From Psammoneis japonica (lineage: Eukaryota), in assembly GCA_008632985.1 (NCBI GenBank), contig QPGO01000110.1, positions 124,001-188,000 of the forward strand: DNA of 64,000 nt, given 5' to 3'. Below, piece after piece: positions 62,901-64,000 of the stretch. The notes under the pieces were generated by a model. It did not search any database, was not told the origin of the DNA, and worked only from the letters and a program-made list of their open reading frames with translations. The position numbers were made by a program, and so were the translations under genes. Position 1 is the first letter of the stretch. Every line of letters starts with the position of its first letter.

Positions 62901-64000
62901 TGAACACATGCTCTCTCATCTGTTGTTCCAGGCATCTGACATTTGTCAATTGGTCACCAGTGGTTTTGCACTTTCTCCCATGAACCATTGTGGCTGTGAA
63001 GAGCAGAATCTGCTCCGACTGGATGATGCTCTGTTTGGCCTTTTTGGAGGCACATGTTTGCATCAGCCTTGAGTGATGCAACAACAACATGGCCACTTTT
63101 TTCTCCATGAAATCTGGCAATGTTGGAGCATCCCCAGAAGCTGAAATCAGCCCAGTTTCCTCTTCTTTGTTTTGGTGCAATGCCTGCACTCACTCCTCAC
63201 AATCTTCTGAAAGCACACATTTCCAAGTGAGTGCACATCAATCTTCTGGTCAATCACACTGATGTTTTGGAATGTTTCTTGTTCCCAGTCATTGTTGGTG
63301 ACAGCTGTGCTTCTATCTCATCATGTGCCCAACGTGAAAGCCAGCACTTGGCTGGAGCTGGCCTTGCAATCTCACACACTGGTGCTTGGCAGTGTCAGAG
63401 TGGACAAACACTGAGCACTTGGCTCTGCCAAGACTCTGTGAATGCCTGAAAAAACTCTCTGCTCATTTGCACTTTGGCACAAAGCTGTTTGCTTCACAAC
63501 TCACAACACAGCCTTTTGCACAATTGCAGAGACTTCCATGGGTGGCAAACTCACACAAGGAAGCAGCTCTGCACACGCCACATGTGTCTGTTTGCATCCT
63601 TGACTTGGCTTTGAAAGTGGCAGCTGTTGAGCTTCCCCCATTTGTGTCAAAGAGTTTTCAACACCCACACTGTGTTGTCCCAACAAGCTTCAAAGCCCCT
63701 GACATCCTGCGCCACACTCGAGCCAACCAACCATGCACTGCTGCCTTGCTGCAGTTTGAGCCCATTGTCTTGTGAATGCTGTCACACATTGCATGGAACA
63801 AACTTTGCCAGCTGGACATTTGTGCACATTCTTGGTCAACCACGAGTGCTGCCTTGGGCCCACTTTTTTGATGCTGCCTTTGGGGCAGAGCATCAATGCC
63901 AAGGGTTTTGTCTTGCCCCATCATGTGGTGGTCATCCCAGTTGTTGCAAGGTTGTGATGTCTTGCCCCCCATTGCTGCCAGCAGCATTTTTGGATGATTG
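60000..64000. repeat. TpA/CpG-depleted degenerate repeat domain including a homolog of 31240-31330
   Basis: 62430-62490 matches the reverse complement of 31240-31300 (LMDRPTKL). Confidence 0.6.

Noticed and set aside
29750..64000. Hundreds of overlapping Cys/His/Gln-rich ORFs in all six frames
   Set aside because: Loss of TpA removes TAA/TAG stops and Tyr codons, so spurious long ORFs are expected. They are not called as genes.

Overview
Eukaryotic genomic DNA, most likely a pennate diatom. Evidence: short GT-AG introns, ASAF-type bipartite plastid signals, and a CoDi-like Ty1/copia element. The window has two sharply separated compartments. (1) Gene islands at about 1430-4800 and 7550-29700 have normal dinucleotide composition and about 12 genes: an M64-like peptidase, two RanBP2-zinc-finger proteins, a plastid AEC-type transporter, DUF2235, an ABC1 kinase, DUF1499, an alpha/beta hydrolase, a small plastid protein, a TPR protein, a p62/NBR1-like receptor and a protein kinase. 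(2) Repeat domains at 1-1430, 4800-7550 and 29700-64000 hold a hAT relic, a long foldback, a decayed STAND ATPase gene, a MITE, a full-length copia nested in an older gag relic, and a Plavaka-type transposase. In these domains TpA has been almost entirely replaced by TpG/CpA, so conserved Tyr codons read Cys or His; in older relics CpG is also gone. This looks like a repeat-targeted A:T->G:C hypermutation process, opposite in direction to fungal RIP, and is the main finding. Several genes carry single-base deletions in G/C runs that look like long-read consensus errors. Family assignments come from motif recognition by eye, not database searches.
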